Assembly: GCA_964651405.1 (NCBI GenBank)
Contig: CAZYZB010000002.1
Span: 1-41,565 of the forward strand
Source: an uncultured archaeon
Lineage (GTDB): Archaea; Aenigmatarchaeota; Aenigmatarchaeia; Aenigmatarchaeales; Aenigmatarchaeaceae
Direction of reading: 5' to 3'
Length of the DNA stretch: 41,565 bases
Shown: positions 8,115-16,585 of the stretch, piece by piece
Numbering within the stretch: position 1 is the first letter of the stretch
Layout of the letters: each line of letters begins with the position of its first letter
Made by a program: the position numbers and the translations under genes
Notes under the pieces: generated by a model
The model's input: the letters and a program-made list of their open reading frames with translations, nothing else
Told to the model about the DNA's origin: nothing
Database searches by the model: none

Positions 8115-10767
8115 TTATAACACCATAGTTTCCTTTTTGTCTGTCTTTGAATTCTCCTTGCTTGCTTTTTATCCAACCTTCAAATTCCCTTCCATCTTTC
8201 TTTCCGCCAATTATTGAATAGTATCCGACGACTCTACTGATACCATAAATATTGTCGCTGCCGCAGAATTTGCAATTGGCCTCATCGCTTCTCTTGTATC
8301 CTAATGAAACTTTCTTGCAATCATCGCATACTGTGAATTCAGGCGAGAAGACTATTTGAGCAGATTGTGTGTTATCCCATGTTTTTTTGACTAGATTTGC
8401 TATAGAGTTTGCATCAGGTAAATGTTCGCCTACAAACAAGTGAGTTATTGAACCAGACTCTATTAGAGAATTAAACTTTCCTTGCTTGTCTATTCTTTCA
8501 ATTATTGATAACGGTGCATCTGGTGCAAAATGTATGCTGTTCGTATAATATACTTCTCCATTTTCCATGTTCCCTCTTATGTAATTCTTTGCCTCAGGGT
8601 ATTTTACCATGTCAAGCTTTGCAAGTCTTAATGAGGTGCTTTCTGCAGGGGTCTCTTCAAGAGTGAATTTAACTCCTAGTTGTTTTTCAAGTTCTTTGCA
8701 TTTGAAATACATCGCTGAAATGATCTTTAGTCCTGTTTTGTATGCTTCATCACTTTCATGGAGTTCCTGTCCTGTGACTCTTTTAACACACTCATTAAGA
8801 CCAATCAGTCCTATGATGTGTGTTACCTTTTCTAAGTCAACATAAGGCTTTCCATCAGGGGTTGCCATACCTAATTGCCAAAGTGGAGCGCCAGGTTGGC
8901 TAGATATTTTTCTTATAAAGGTCTTCTTTTGCAAGTGTGCCTTTGCAGCAGTATCCATAGTTTTCCTTATTTCTTCAATTGTTTTATCCAAATCACCTTC
9001 AGCTCTATATGCTGCTTGTGGCAAGTTCAATGTTACATTCAAGAAACCACAAAATCGCATAGACTCTGGGTGCTGTATCATATAGTTGTCAGTTATTTTT
9101 GTTTTAAGTCTGCAGCATTGGCTTAATGTTGCATCCTCTCTATCAAAAACAAAATATGTTGCTCCATTAGCAGAAGAGACTTTGCATGCAAAATTAAACA
9201 ATTCATTTTGCTTTGGGTCAGTGAAAGTTTCATTGTTAATATGTAAGTTGAATTTTGGAAAGGGAAATGGCTTTCCATCAGAGTCGCCAGCCATCCAGAC
9301 TTCCATCATTGCTTTTGCAAATGATTGTGCTTCGTGTTCAAAATCACTATAAGTTAGAATCCTTCCCTCTTTTGGCTGGATTAGATCTCCTTTTTCATCT
9401 CTTGGAACATCATCTAAATACTTTATCGAGCCATCTGGCATTTTATGCATATATTTCCCGCCAGCTCCTATAGCTGGCACGTTCTTAAGATAAGAAGGGG
9501 TTCCTAGATGGATGTTAAAGTCTATAAACAAAGTCTGACCACCTCTTGAAAATGCATTCTGAGAGCATGAGAAAATTAAATACTGAGCTTCTTGTTTCAT
9601 TCTCTTATAATCATATCCTACGAGTAGCGGCGCATAGAATATGTTTATGTAAGCAAGGCCCAAAGCTCCTGCATAATAAGCTTGCATAGAAGCTAAGAAG
9701 GTGTTTATATGGCCCGTCAATGTGCCAGCATACTTTGCTGGTGTAGATGCAGTTGATAAATTCAATAATCTTAATCCATATTTTTTCAAATACTCAGGCG
9801 AGTGCGCTGAGCAATAAACTCTTATAGGCATTCCTAGGTTGTGTATGTGTATTGCTCCACCCATATGCGCATCAGCTACGTCCTTAGAAAATATTTCTTT
9901 TAATGCATACTGTTTAAGTATGACCTCAGCTATTTCCATGTTAACTGCTTCTGGGTTGTTTGCAGCAATGTTGCTGTTTTCATTGCTTTTTGTGAAAATT
10001 ATTTGATTCAAATTAAAGCTTGGTATTCCAAGGGTTTGTTGTTTTTCCAGCTTCTTTCCAAGTCCTCTCTCAAAAAGTTCATTATCAACTAGCTCTCTCA
10101 CCAAGCTTACTGTGATTGTTTTCATCCCAGAGCCCAGGACTTTCTTTTCAACTGATACTGCTATACTTTCAGCTTCTTCCTTAGTGATTCCAGTCTCGTT
10201 CATTAAGGCTTCTATTATTTTTTGTCTATCCCACTTGGAAGTTAACCCTTGAGTTGGTGCTGAAACAAACAAGTGGATATCAGTAGAATCCTTTGTTTGC
10301 TCTTCTGATATGACGTTTACTGCATCTAAAGACTTTTGGAAAGATGTTATGTCTGTAAAAGACTTGTAGTAAGATGCAAACCTTACATAAGCAACCTCAT
10401 TTATTTCCTTAAGTTTTTTCATTACCATGTCTCCTAAAACAGTTGCAGCTACTTCTTCCTGGCCAAATGACCTTACTTCAGCTTCTATGTCGTCTACGAG
10501 CTTTTCAATTGTTTTATAAGAAACAGGGAGCTTTTCACAAGCTCTTATAACACCTTTCTTTATCTTGTCTTTGCTGAAGGATTCTCTTCTTCCATCTTTT
10601 TTGACAACTACCATATCTTCGACTTCTACTTTTTCAAATGTTGTAAATCTTCTTCCACATTTTAAGCATTCTCTACGCCTTTTATTGGCACCTAATTCCT
10701 CATCTTTTCTTTTATCAATGACTCTGGTATTACTAGAAGAGCAAAATGGGCATTTCAAGCTAATCAC
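8086..10767 (-). CDS. nrdD: Class III anaerobic ribonucleoside-triphosphate reductase with a fused NrdR-like N-terminus
   Basis: 893 aa. Residues 1-150 are NrdR-like: a CPFC...CLKCGRRFTTFE Zn ribbon plus an ATP-cone ending VAYVRFASYY. This is followed by a second ATP-cone and the class III core. The C-terminus has a CDDC...CKFCG Zn site and the glycyl-radical motif RVVGYY. Confidence 0.9.
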   Translation of the reverse strand: MISLKCPFCSSSNTRVIDKRKDEELGANKRRRECLKCGRRFTTFEKVEVEDMVVVKKDGRRESFSKDKIKKGVIRACEKLPVSYKTIEKLVDDIEAEVRSFGQEEVAATVLGDMVMKKLKEINEVAYVRFASYYKSFTDITSFQKSLDAVNVISEEQTKDSTDIHLFVSAPTQGLTSKWDRQKIIEALMNETGITKEEAESIAVSVEKKVLGSGMKTITVSLVRELVDNELFERGLGKKLEKQQTLGIPSFNLNQIIFTKSNENSNIAANNPEAVNMEIAEVILKQYALKEIFSKDVADAHMGGAIHIHNLGMPIRVYCSAHSPEYLKKYGLRLLNLSTASTPAKYAGTLTGHINTFLASMQAYYAGALGLAYINIFYAPLLVGYDYKRMKQEAQYLIFSCSQNAFSRGGQTLFIDFNIHLGTPSYLKNVPAIGAGGKYMHKMPDGSIKYLDDVPRDEKGDLIQPKEGRILTYSDFEHEAQSFAKAMMEVWMAGDSDGKPFPFPKFNLHINNETFTDPKQNELFNFACKVSSANGATYFVFDREDATLSQCCRLKTKITDNYMIQHPESMRFCGFLNVTLNLPQAAYRAEGDLDKTIEEIRKTMDTAAKAHLQKKTFIRKISSQPGAPLWQLGMATPDGKPYVDLEKVTHIIGLIGLNECVKRVTGQELHESDEAYKTGLKIISAMYFKCKELEKQLGVKFTLEETPAESTSLRLAKLDMVKYPEAKNYIRGNMENGEVYYTNSIHFAPDAPLSIIERIDKQGKFNSLIESGSITHLFVGEHLPDANSIANLVKKTWDNTQSAQIVFSPEFTVCDDCKKVSLGYKRSDEANCKFCGSDNIYGISRVVGYYSIIGGKKDGREFEGWIKSKQGEFKDRQKGNYGVINANQNILAT

Positions 10768-10776
10768 ACCTTAATA

Positions 10777-10792
10777 ACACAAGATGTTGTGT
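10777..10792. promoter_or_regulatory. NrdR-box-like palindrome 1
   Basis: ACACAAGATGTTGTGT, a 16-bp palindrome 10 nt upstream of the nrdD start codon. It fits the bacterial NrdR-box pattern acaCwAtATaTwGtgt, recalled from the literature. Confidence 0.5.
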
Positions 10793-10807
10793 TTTTCTAA
10801 TTTTCCA

Positions 10808-10823
10808 ACACAAGTAATAGATT
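10808..10823. promoter_or_regulatory. NrdR-box-like element 2 (half-site only)
   Basis: ACACAAGTAATAGATT. The ACACAA half-site is conserved and the element starts exactly 31 nt from box 1, the usual tandem-box phasing. Confidence 0.3.
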
Positions 10824-10922
10824 ACTATTACTAAACATTTATATAGTTTTAGGTATTATACAACATATTTTTCCTCTGGAAATATCAAAATGTTTATTAA
10901 TATTGAAATTAAATAAAAAATT

Positions 10923-11468
10923 ATGCGTGCATTTCTAGGCATATCAATTCCAAATGAATTAAAGCCAAGAATAGAAGCAATCCAAGACAGATTTTCTGAT
11001 TTTGATATCAAGTTCGTTGAAAGAGAAAACTTGCATTTTAACTTGAAGTTCTTTGAGGAAATAAGCGATGAAGACGTTGAAAAAGTAAAGAAAGCTGTAG
11101 AAGACATTTTTAAGCAATTTCAACCTTTCGAAATAAAAATAACAGGAGTAGGAGCTTTCCCAAATAATAGCTATGTAAGAGTTATTTGGTTAGGAGTAAA
11201 AGAAGGCTATCAAACCCTAGCTTCGTTAGCTGAAATGATAGAAAATGCATTAGAATCTTTAGGTTTTGAAAGCAAAGAAAAGTTCGTACCTCATTTGACT
11301 TTAGGCAGAGTAAGATCAGGAAGAAATAAGAATGAGATGATAGTCCTTCTAAAGGAATTAGAAGACATAGAAGTTGGTAAAATGATGATAAATAGAATTA
11401 CAATGTTTCAATCTAAGCTATCTTCTAACGGGCCTGTATATGAAGAAGTATTTAGCATTAAAATCTAA
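10923..11468 (+). CDS. thpR: 2'-5' RNA ligase / 2H phosphoesterase (ThpR/LigT)
   Basis: 181 aa with the two 2H-family motifs HFNLKF and HLTLGR. Confidence 0.8.
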   Translation: MRAFLGISIPNELKPRIEAIQDRFSDFDIKFVERENLHFNLKFFEEISDEDVEKVKKAVEDIFKQFQPFEIKITGVGAFPNNSYVRVIWLGVKEGYQTLASLAEMIENALESLGFESKEKFVPHLTLGRVRSGRNKNEMIVLLKELEDIEVGKMMINRITMFQSKLSSNGPVYEEVFSIKI

Positions 11469-11714
11469 TTATGATACCTTTCTCTCTATTCCTTTTGAAG
11501 CAAGAGCTAAATTAACACCCAGATTAATGTCTCTCTTAGTAAAGTATCTTGTTAAAGAATCAGGATTTCTTTCTATTGCTGCCCTAGCATTACACAAATC
11601 GTTAGAAGCAGCACCTAAGGCTGTCATATTTCCATTCATATATGCAGTTGCCATATTCATGCCTATACGTTCTCCATATTGAATTGCTCTATCATTAACC
11701 TCGTTGCAAGACAT
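11469..11714 (-). CDS. Hypothetical small protein
   Basis: 81-aa ORF with a TATA-like box about 25-30 nt upstream of the ATG. No recognisable domain. Competes with the antisense ORF 11440..11682. Confidence 0.35.
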   Translation of the reverse strand: MSCNEVNDRAIQYGERIGMNMATAYMNGNMTALGAASNDLCNARAAIERNPDSLTRYFTKRDINLGVNLALASKGIERKVS

Positions 11715-11750
11715 ATAAAATAATTACTAACAAGTAGTATATAAAACTAT

Positions 11751-12155
11751 ATGATATTACCACTAAAAGTAGTAAGAAAAATTCATTTTCCAAGCGACCT
11801 TACTAAGGTTATGAACATAATAAAGATATCAATTGCAGTAGCTGCCATAGGAATAGTAGCTTTATTCTTCTTAGTTAGGTATAATGAGCAAAACACAGTT
11901 AAGATTTCAGAGCTAAAACAAGGCCAGATAGAAAGGATTACAGGTATGGTAAACTCGATTTACGTTAGCAAGGATGGACACACTTTTCTAAAGGTTGCAG
12001 ATACATCTGGAGAGGTATCTGTAGTAGCCTTTAAGAGTTCAAATATAGATGGTATGTATGAAATAGAGGTTGGAGACCAGGTATCAGTTCTAGGTAGGGT
12101 AGAAGAGTACAAAGGAAGCTTAGAGATAGTTGCTAAGGAGATAAAACAGGAGTAG
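11751..12155 (+). CDS. Membrane-anchored OB-fold nucleic-acid-binding protein
   Basis: 134 aa. An N-terminal hydrophobic helix, then an OB-fold pattern ITGMV...FLKVADTSGEVSVVAF...GDQVSVLGRVEEYKGSLEI. Confidence 0.55.
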   Translation: MILPLKVVRKIHFPSDLTKVMNIIKISIAVAAIGIVALFFLVRYNEQNTVKISELKQGQIERITGMVNSIYVSKDGHTFLKVADTSGEVSVVAFKSSNIDGMYEIEVGDQVSVLGRVEEYKGSLEIVAKEIKQE

Positions 12156-12432
12156 CCCTTCTAGCTTCGATTACGGTCAATGTAGCATCTCTTAACTTAT
12201 CAGAAGGTACATTACAATTGTCCTGTAAATAGTTTTCGAACGATCTTGTAACTTTCCCAGGAATAGCAGTTCCTACGCGTGACATCGTATAGATATTTTC
12301 TCCTTCACGTAGAATACCCTTCTCAAATAAAGTTGAATAAGCATTTTTAGCTCTATTAAAATCTCCGATATTTGGAAAAGCACCACATCTCATTACTAAA
12401 TTAATCAAGTCAAAAGTTGTTTGTTCTCCCAT
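12133..12432 (-). CDS. Hypothetical small protein
   Basis: 99-aa ORF with TTTAAATA about 23-30 nt upstream of the ATG. No recognisable domain. Confidence 0.4.
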   Translation of the reverse strand: MGEQTTFDLINLVMRCGAFPNIGDFNRAKNAYSTLFEKGILREGENIYTMSRVGTAIPGKVTRSFENYLQDNCNVPSDKLRDATLTVIEARRATPVLSP

Positions 12433-12457
12433 ATTATTTATTACTTATTAGTAGTAT

Positions 12458-12748
12458 TTAAATATTTCTTATTTTCTTCTTGAGATTCACGTACTTTATT
12501 ACATCTTCTGCAGTAGTATTTTCCATTCCAGGCTTTAGTTTCACGAGTTTTATTCTTAAGCCGAATTGATCTATACTCCTTATTTCTAAAAAGTAAGATA
12601 GGTACTTCTCAACTATATTAGAAACTACAAAAGGATTTAGATTTAGAGACTTTGAAATACCTCTTATATGGATTTCACCTACTTCCTTTAGTAAATTTAA
12701 TATATCATTGATATTTTTTATTGTTGTTCTATGAATTCCTGAGCCCAT
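12458..12748 (-). CDS. Small HTH/wHTH-like protein
   Basis: 96 aa with the HTH-like core IRGISKSLNLNPFVVSNIVEKYL. Transcribed divergently from the iteron field. Confidence 0.45.
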   Translation of the reverse strand: MGSGIHRTTIKNINDILNLLKEVGEIHIRGISKSLNLNPFVVSNIVEKYLSYFLEIRSIDQFGLRIKLVKLKPGMENTTAEDVIKYVNLKKKIRNI

Positions 12749-12864
12749 TTATAACACCTGTTATATATATGATTCAATCAACTATTTAAAATTAATTAAG
12801 CCTATTTTTTACGTTAATTATCGTGTAAAACACTGTTATAATTCGTTTTTTGTCGATAAAAATG

Positions 12865-13276
12865 TTCACGCCAACGTTCATAAAATCTTCACGTCTTCAC
12901 ATTTAACGCTCGCACTTTCTCCACACATTTGTATCACATACACTACATCTTCACGTGAACATCGAGTATAAAGTTTAACATATAAATATCTTCACGTTAA
13001 CTTCACGCGTGAACATGTGAATATCATATGAACTTCACGTGAACATTATATGAACTTCACGAAATCTTCACGTGAAAACTCTCACAAACCTGTTGAAGTT
13101 TCAAAAAAGCTAAAAATGCCACTGAGTTTCACGTCATCTTCACATTAAATGGCATTTTTCGGGAATTTTCCTAAAGAAATGTTCATTTTATCTTCACAAA
13201 AACTTCACATGTGAATTTCATGTTCACGTGAACATAGTAAAGCTTAAATATTTAGTTCACGTGAATATTATGTGAA
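12865..13276. repeat. Iteron field / putative replication origin
   Basis: 15 TTCAC plus 9 GTGAA half-sites in about 410 bp. These include five perfect TTCACGTGAA palindromes at 12950, 13034, 13067, 13223 and 13256. An AT-rich stretch (12749-12860) lies on one side and an AAA+/wHTH gene on the other. Confidence 0.6.
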
Positions 13277-13281
13277 CATTT

Positions 13282-14370
13282 ATGCCTGAAGAAATCTCAA
13301 AATGGGGTTGGAAGGAAAATCCATTTGTTCTTAAAATAGATCCAAAGCTTTTCGTAGGCTATGATGACCAAGTTAAGGCAGTTCATAATCATATCAAAAA
13401 CAAGCATAAGATTGCTCTAGTTTCAGGTAATACAGGAAGTGGCAAAACCACCTTTCTTAAATGGCTTGAGATGAATTACGACATGTCAAAATTATATGTA
13501 AGCAAGCCGCCAGAAAAGCCAGAAGAGCTAGTTAACATATTTACAGACATTTTTGGGATTAGTTTCTTTGAGAGGCTACTTGGCAAAAAACCAACTTTAT
13601 ACAATCTTCCTAATTATATAAATAGAAAATTGAAAGATGAGCACTTGGTATTTCTAATAGATGAAGCCCATGAAACTAATAAGAATGTTTTAGAATGGCT
13701 TAGAGTCTTGACAGATCAAGTTAATAATGTGAGTCTAGTTATTGCTGGAATGCCTATTCTAGAAAACAAGATAAAGTCAGAGTTAGAGACTTTAGATCAA
13801 AGAATAACTACTAGAATAACTCTGAGTTCTTTAAACAGAATTGAAACAAAGCAGCTAATACAGAGAAGAATTGAGAGTGCTGGTGGGAGAGGAATAGAGC
13901 CGTTTACAGATGCAGCTTTGGAGAAGATTTATGAGAGAACTGGTGGCTTTCCAAGAGAGGTCTTAAAATACTGTGATAGGCTGGTTAATACTGCTTTGGA
14001 GAAAAATCTTGATGTTATAGATGAAAAAGGTATAGAAGAACATAGAGAAATCGAACTTCCAAAAGTGAGAGTTGAAGAGCCTGTTGTCACATTCATGCCT
14101 AAACCACCTTCAGAAGAACAATTTAGAAGCTTGCCCTACAAACAAAGGAAGATTCTAGAAGCTTTATCAAAAAGAGACTGGTTAATACCGACAGCAATAG
14201 TTGATGAATTAGACATGAAAAGCTACAAGACTAAGGGACATGCAATAAGATCAGTTAACAATATCTTGAAAAGGCTCATGCTAGACGGCTATGTTCAAAG
14301 AGAAGCTAGAGGTAAAGCCTTTATGTATGCTTTAACTCCTAAGATAAAAACATTGTTCGTTCAGTCTTAA
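13282..14370 (+). CDS. AAA+ ATPase with C-terminal winged helix (Orc1/Cdc6-like or AAA_22/ExeA-like initiator candidate)
   Basis: 362 aa. Walker A GNTGSGKT, Walker B FLIDEAH, and a C-terminal wHTH (QRKILEALSK...YVQREARGKAFMYALT). The start codon abuts the last iteron. The family could not be resolved by eye. Confidence 0.55.
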   Translation: MPEEISKWGWKENPFVLKIDPKLFVGYDDQVKAVHNHIKNKHKIALVSGNTGSGKTTFLKWLEMNYDMSKLYVSKPPEKPEELVNIFTDIFGISFFERLLGKKPTLYNLPNYINRKLKDEHLVFLIDEAHETNKNVLEWLRVLTDQVNNVSLVIAGMPILENKIKSELETLDQRITTRITLSSLNRIETKQLIQRRIESAGGRGIEPFTDAALEKIYERTGGFPREVLKYCDRLVNTALEKNLDVIDEKGIEEHREIELPKVRVEEPVVTFMPKPPSEEQFRSLPYKQRKILEALSKRDWLIPTAIVDELDMKSYKTKGHAIRSVNNILKRLMLDGYVQREARGKAFMYALTPKIKTLFVQS

Positions 14371-14588
14371 TTTCTTTTTCTGTGGTAGTCATCTAAAAGC
14401 TGTTTAAAATAACCTCTTGCTTCATTTAATTTTAAAGCAACATCTATTGGGTATTTAGGCCTTACTCCTAAGAAGCCTTGAACCATATCTCTACCTTCGT
14501 CTAAAGAAATTAATTCCTTTCCTACACGAATACTTCCATCTTCAATGCCCACTTGACTTGTTGCAAGCTTGTACGCATTTCTATCCAT
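14367..14588 (-). CDS. Hypothetical small protein
   Basis: 73-aa ORF with TTTAAATA about 30 nt upstream. Overlaps the end of the AAA+ gene by 4 nt. Confidence 0.4.
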   Translation of the reverse strand: MDRNAYKLATSQVGIEDGSIRVGKELISLDEGRDMVQGFLGVRPKYPIDVALKLNEARGYFKQLLDDYHRKRN

Positions 14589-14903
14589 GCTAGATAAATA
14601 GTATAACAGATATTTAAACGTTACCCCTATTAAGTAGTTATCTTTAAATACTATTTAATAGTAATTACTATATGGTGATTATATGGGTAGTGTATGTGTA
14701 AGTTGTGTAACAAAAAATAATGGTAGAATACCAACACCATTAGACAGTCTTTTCGGCGGTATTCCCAGTGAAACAATTAGCCTTTTGCCAAATGGAAAGA
14801 GACAAATTGTTAATTATGAAATTAAAGACGGTGTTTACGGTTTGAATCCAGTAATTCAATAATTTTTCTTTCTTTTTTATTTTAATTTTAACTAAATAGT
14901 TCT

Positions 14904-15470
14904 ATGAAAAAGGCTCTGATTTTAATAGTGGGATTACCTGGTTCAGGAAAGTCATTTGCAGCAGATGCTATTAAAAAACATTTTCATGCCAAGGTTTTTG
15001 AAAATGGGGATATAATCAGGGAGGAGATTAAAAGAAGAGGATGGCCCTTTACTCCTGAGAATGATACAAAAGTGAGACTTTGGTTTCATGACGGTAGGGA
15101 GCATTTGATTGTTCAAAGAATTTGGGAAAAAATGAAAAATGACAAAGGAATAGTTGTTTTGGTTGGTGTAAGGAACCTAAAAGAACTAGCTATTCTTAAA
15201 AGGTTGTATAAGGGCAGAATTTTTCTAATAAAAATAATATCTTCTTTTAAAGTTAGAGCTCAAAGAGAAATAAAAAGAGGTAGATTCGGTAAGCAAGAGT
15301 CAATAAAATATATAAAAGAAAGAGACAAGTCAGAACTAGGTAAATTAGTTGGCTTGAAACAGCTGCTAAAAAAGGCAGATTATACCATAGATAATTCAAA
15401 CTTAACAAAAAAACAGATGGAAAATAAGGTTGTAAAATTAACAAGTCAATTATTAGCTAAAAAATGCTAA
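14904..15470 (+). CDS. P-loop nucleotide kinase (UPF0200 / dephospho-CoA-kinase-like)
   Basis: 188 aa. P-loop GLPGSGKS, then GDIIREE and VGVRNLKE, laid out as in archaeal UPF0200-type kinases. Confidence 0.6.
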   Translation: MKKALILIVGLPGSGKSFAADAIKKHFHAKVFENGDIIREEIKRRGWPFTPENDTKVRLWFHDGREHLIVQRIWEKMKNDKGIVVLVGVRNLKELAILKRLYKGRIFLIKIISSFKVRAQREIKRGRFGKQESIKYIKERDKSELGKLVGLKQLLKKADYTIDNSNLTKKQMENKVVKLTSQLLAKKC

Positions 15471-15708
15471 ACTTTCTTAAAGGAAAGTGAAATAACGGTT
15501 CGATACTTTTGCTTATAACATAGGTGTTATTTTTTTGGTCTCTTTCAACGAGTCTGCTCATCTCCATATCCTTCAGATATTGGCCTATTTGTTCTGTTGA
15601 GTATTTTGTTCTCTTAGACAAATCATCTGCCGTTACTGGGACTCCTATTTTTTTCATTGTTCCTAAGAGTTCACAACTTACAGCAATGGAACTTACACCT
15701 TCTAGCAT
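15457..15708 (-). CDS. Small HTH protein (trimmed from track ORF 15457..16023)
   Basis: Only the 3' 84 codons are kept: ATG 15706-15708 with ATATTTAAAT about 27 nt upstream. The 5' half of the track ORF overlaps the PRC-barrel gene. HTH-like DLSKRTKYSTEQIGQYLKDM. Confidence 0.4.
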   Translation of the reverse strand: MLEGVSSIAVSCELLGTMKKIGVPVTADDLSKRTKYSTEQIGQYLKDMEMSRLVERDQKNNTYVISKSIEPLFHFPLRKFSIF

Positions 15709-15763
15709 AAAACCTATTAAGTAACATAAATTTAAATATCTAAAATTAATTGTATATAGTAAG

Positions 15764-16030
15764 GTGATAAGAATGGATAAGGTTAGAGCCAAGGATTTAG
15801 TAGGAAAGGTCATTGTTTCTGAAGATACTGGAAGAAAGTTTGGCGTCGTTGGAGATGTTAATTTTATAACAGAATCAGGAGAATTAATGAACATAGTTAT
15901 TGCTGAACCAACAAAACAAACAATGGAATTAAAGCTTGCAGAAGATGATAAAGGCAGATTGTTAATACCCTTTTCTGCTGTCAGATCTGTTGGAGATTTC
16001 ATAATAATTGCAGAGAAAGACATTGTCTAA
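15764..16030 (+). CDS. PRC-barrel domain protein
   Basis: 88 aa. LVGKVIVSEDTGRKFGVVGDV ... LLIPFSAVRSVGDFIII matches the PRC-barrel pattern. Confidence 0.6.
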   Translation: MIRMDKVRAKDLVGKVIVSEDTGRKFGVVGDVNFITESGELMNIVIAEPTKQTMELKLAEDDKGRLLIPFSAVRSVGDFIIIAEKDIV

Positions 16031-16583
16031 TGGTAAAATGTTGACTATTGAACTTCAGAAGCTTAGTGAAGAATTAGAAAGAATTTGTGCTGGCACTTTG
16101 GCAAACCAGAAAGTAGAATCTAGAAGAATAGAAGATTATTTAAAAATAAGAAATTTACATGAAGCTTATTCATTTAAACATTCTTTGTGGTCTAGTGATG
16201 CATGTTATTTTCCTTGTAATTCAAGATGTTATCCAAGATTAGAAAATGAAACTTTCATGTCCAAAGAGGCTGCTTCTAAATTAAGAGGGTTTGAAAGTAA
16301 AAATAAAATTTATACGAATATAGACAGTAACTTTAATAATATATGTTTTCCACGCTGTGGGAATTCCAAAGATTATCCAACCTGCGACAAGAGCGGAACA
16401 ATTGATGTTAGGCTTTTAAGTCATTTAGATGAGTTTGAATCATACTACCTTTTACGTCCAGATTTTCTTTTACAGCGCGATGCTGATTTCCACCCAGAAA
16501 CTCTAGAAATGCATGAAATTTTACGTACAATTTTTGAGTCTAAAGGAAAATCAGAAGTAGTTAAGAAAGTAGATTTTATTTAA
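16008..16583 (+). CDS. Hypothetical Cys-rich protein
   Basis: 191-aa ORF; ATG at 16038 is a possible start. No recognisable domain. Confidence 0.35.
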   Translation: MQRKTLSNGKMLTIELQKLSEELERICAGTLANQKVESRRIEDYLKIRNLHEAYSFKHSLWSSDACYFPCNSRCYPRLENETFMSKEAASKLRGFESKNKIYTNIDSNFNNICFPRCGNSKDYPTCDKSGTIDVRLLSHLDEFESYYLLRPDFLLQRDADFHPETLEMHEILRTIFESKGKSEVVKKVDFI

Positions 16584-16585
16584 TA

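Noticed and set aside
14839-14849. GGTTTGAATCC resembling a tRNA T-arm/loop.
   Set aside because: No complementary T-stem, acceptor stem or anticodon arm can be drawn around it. It lies within a small ORF in AT-rich sequence.
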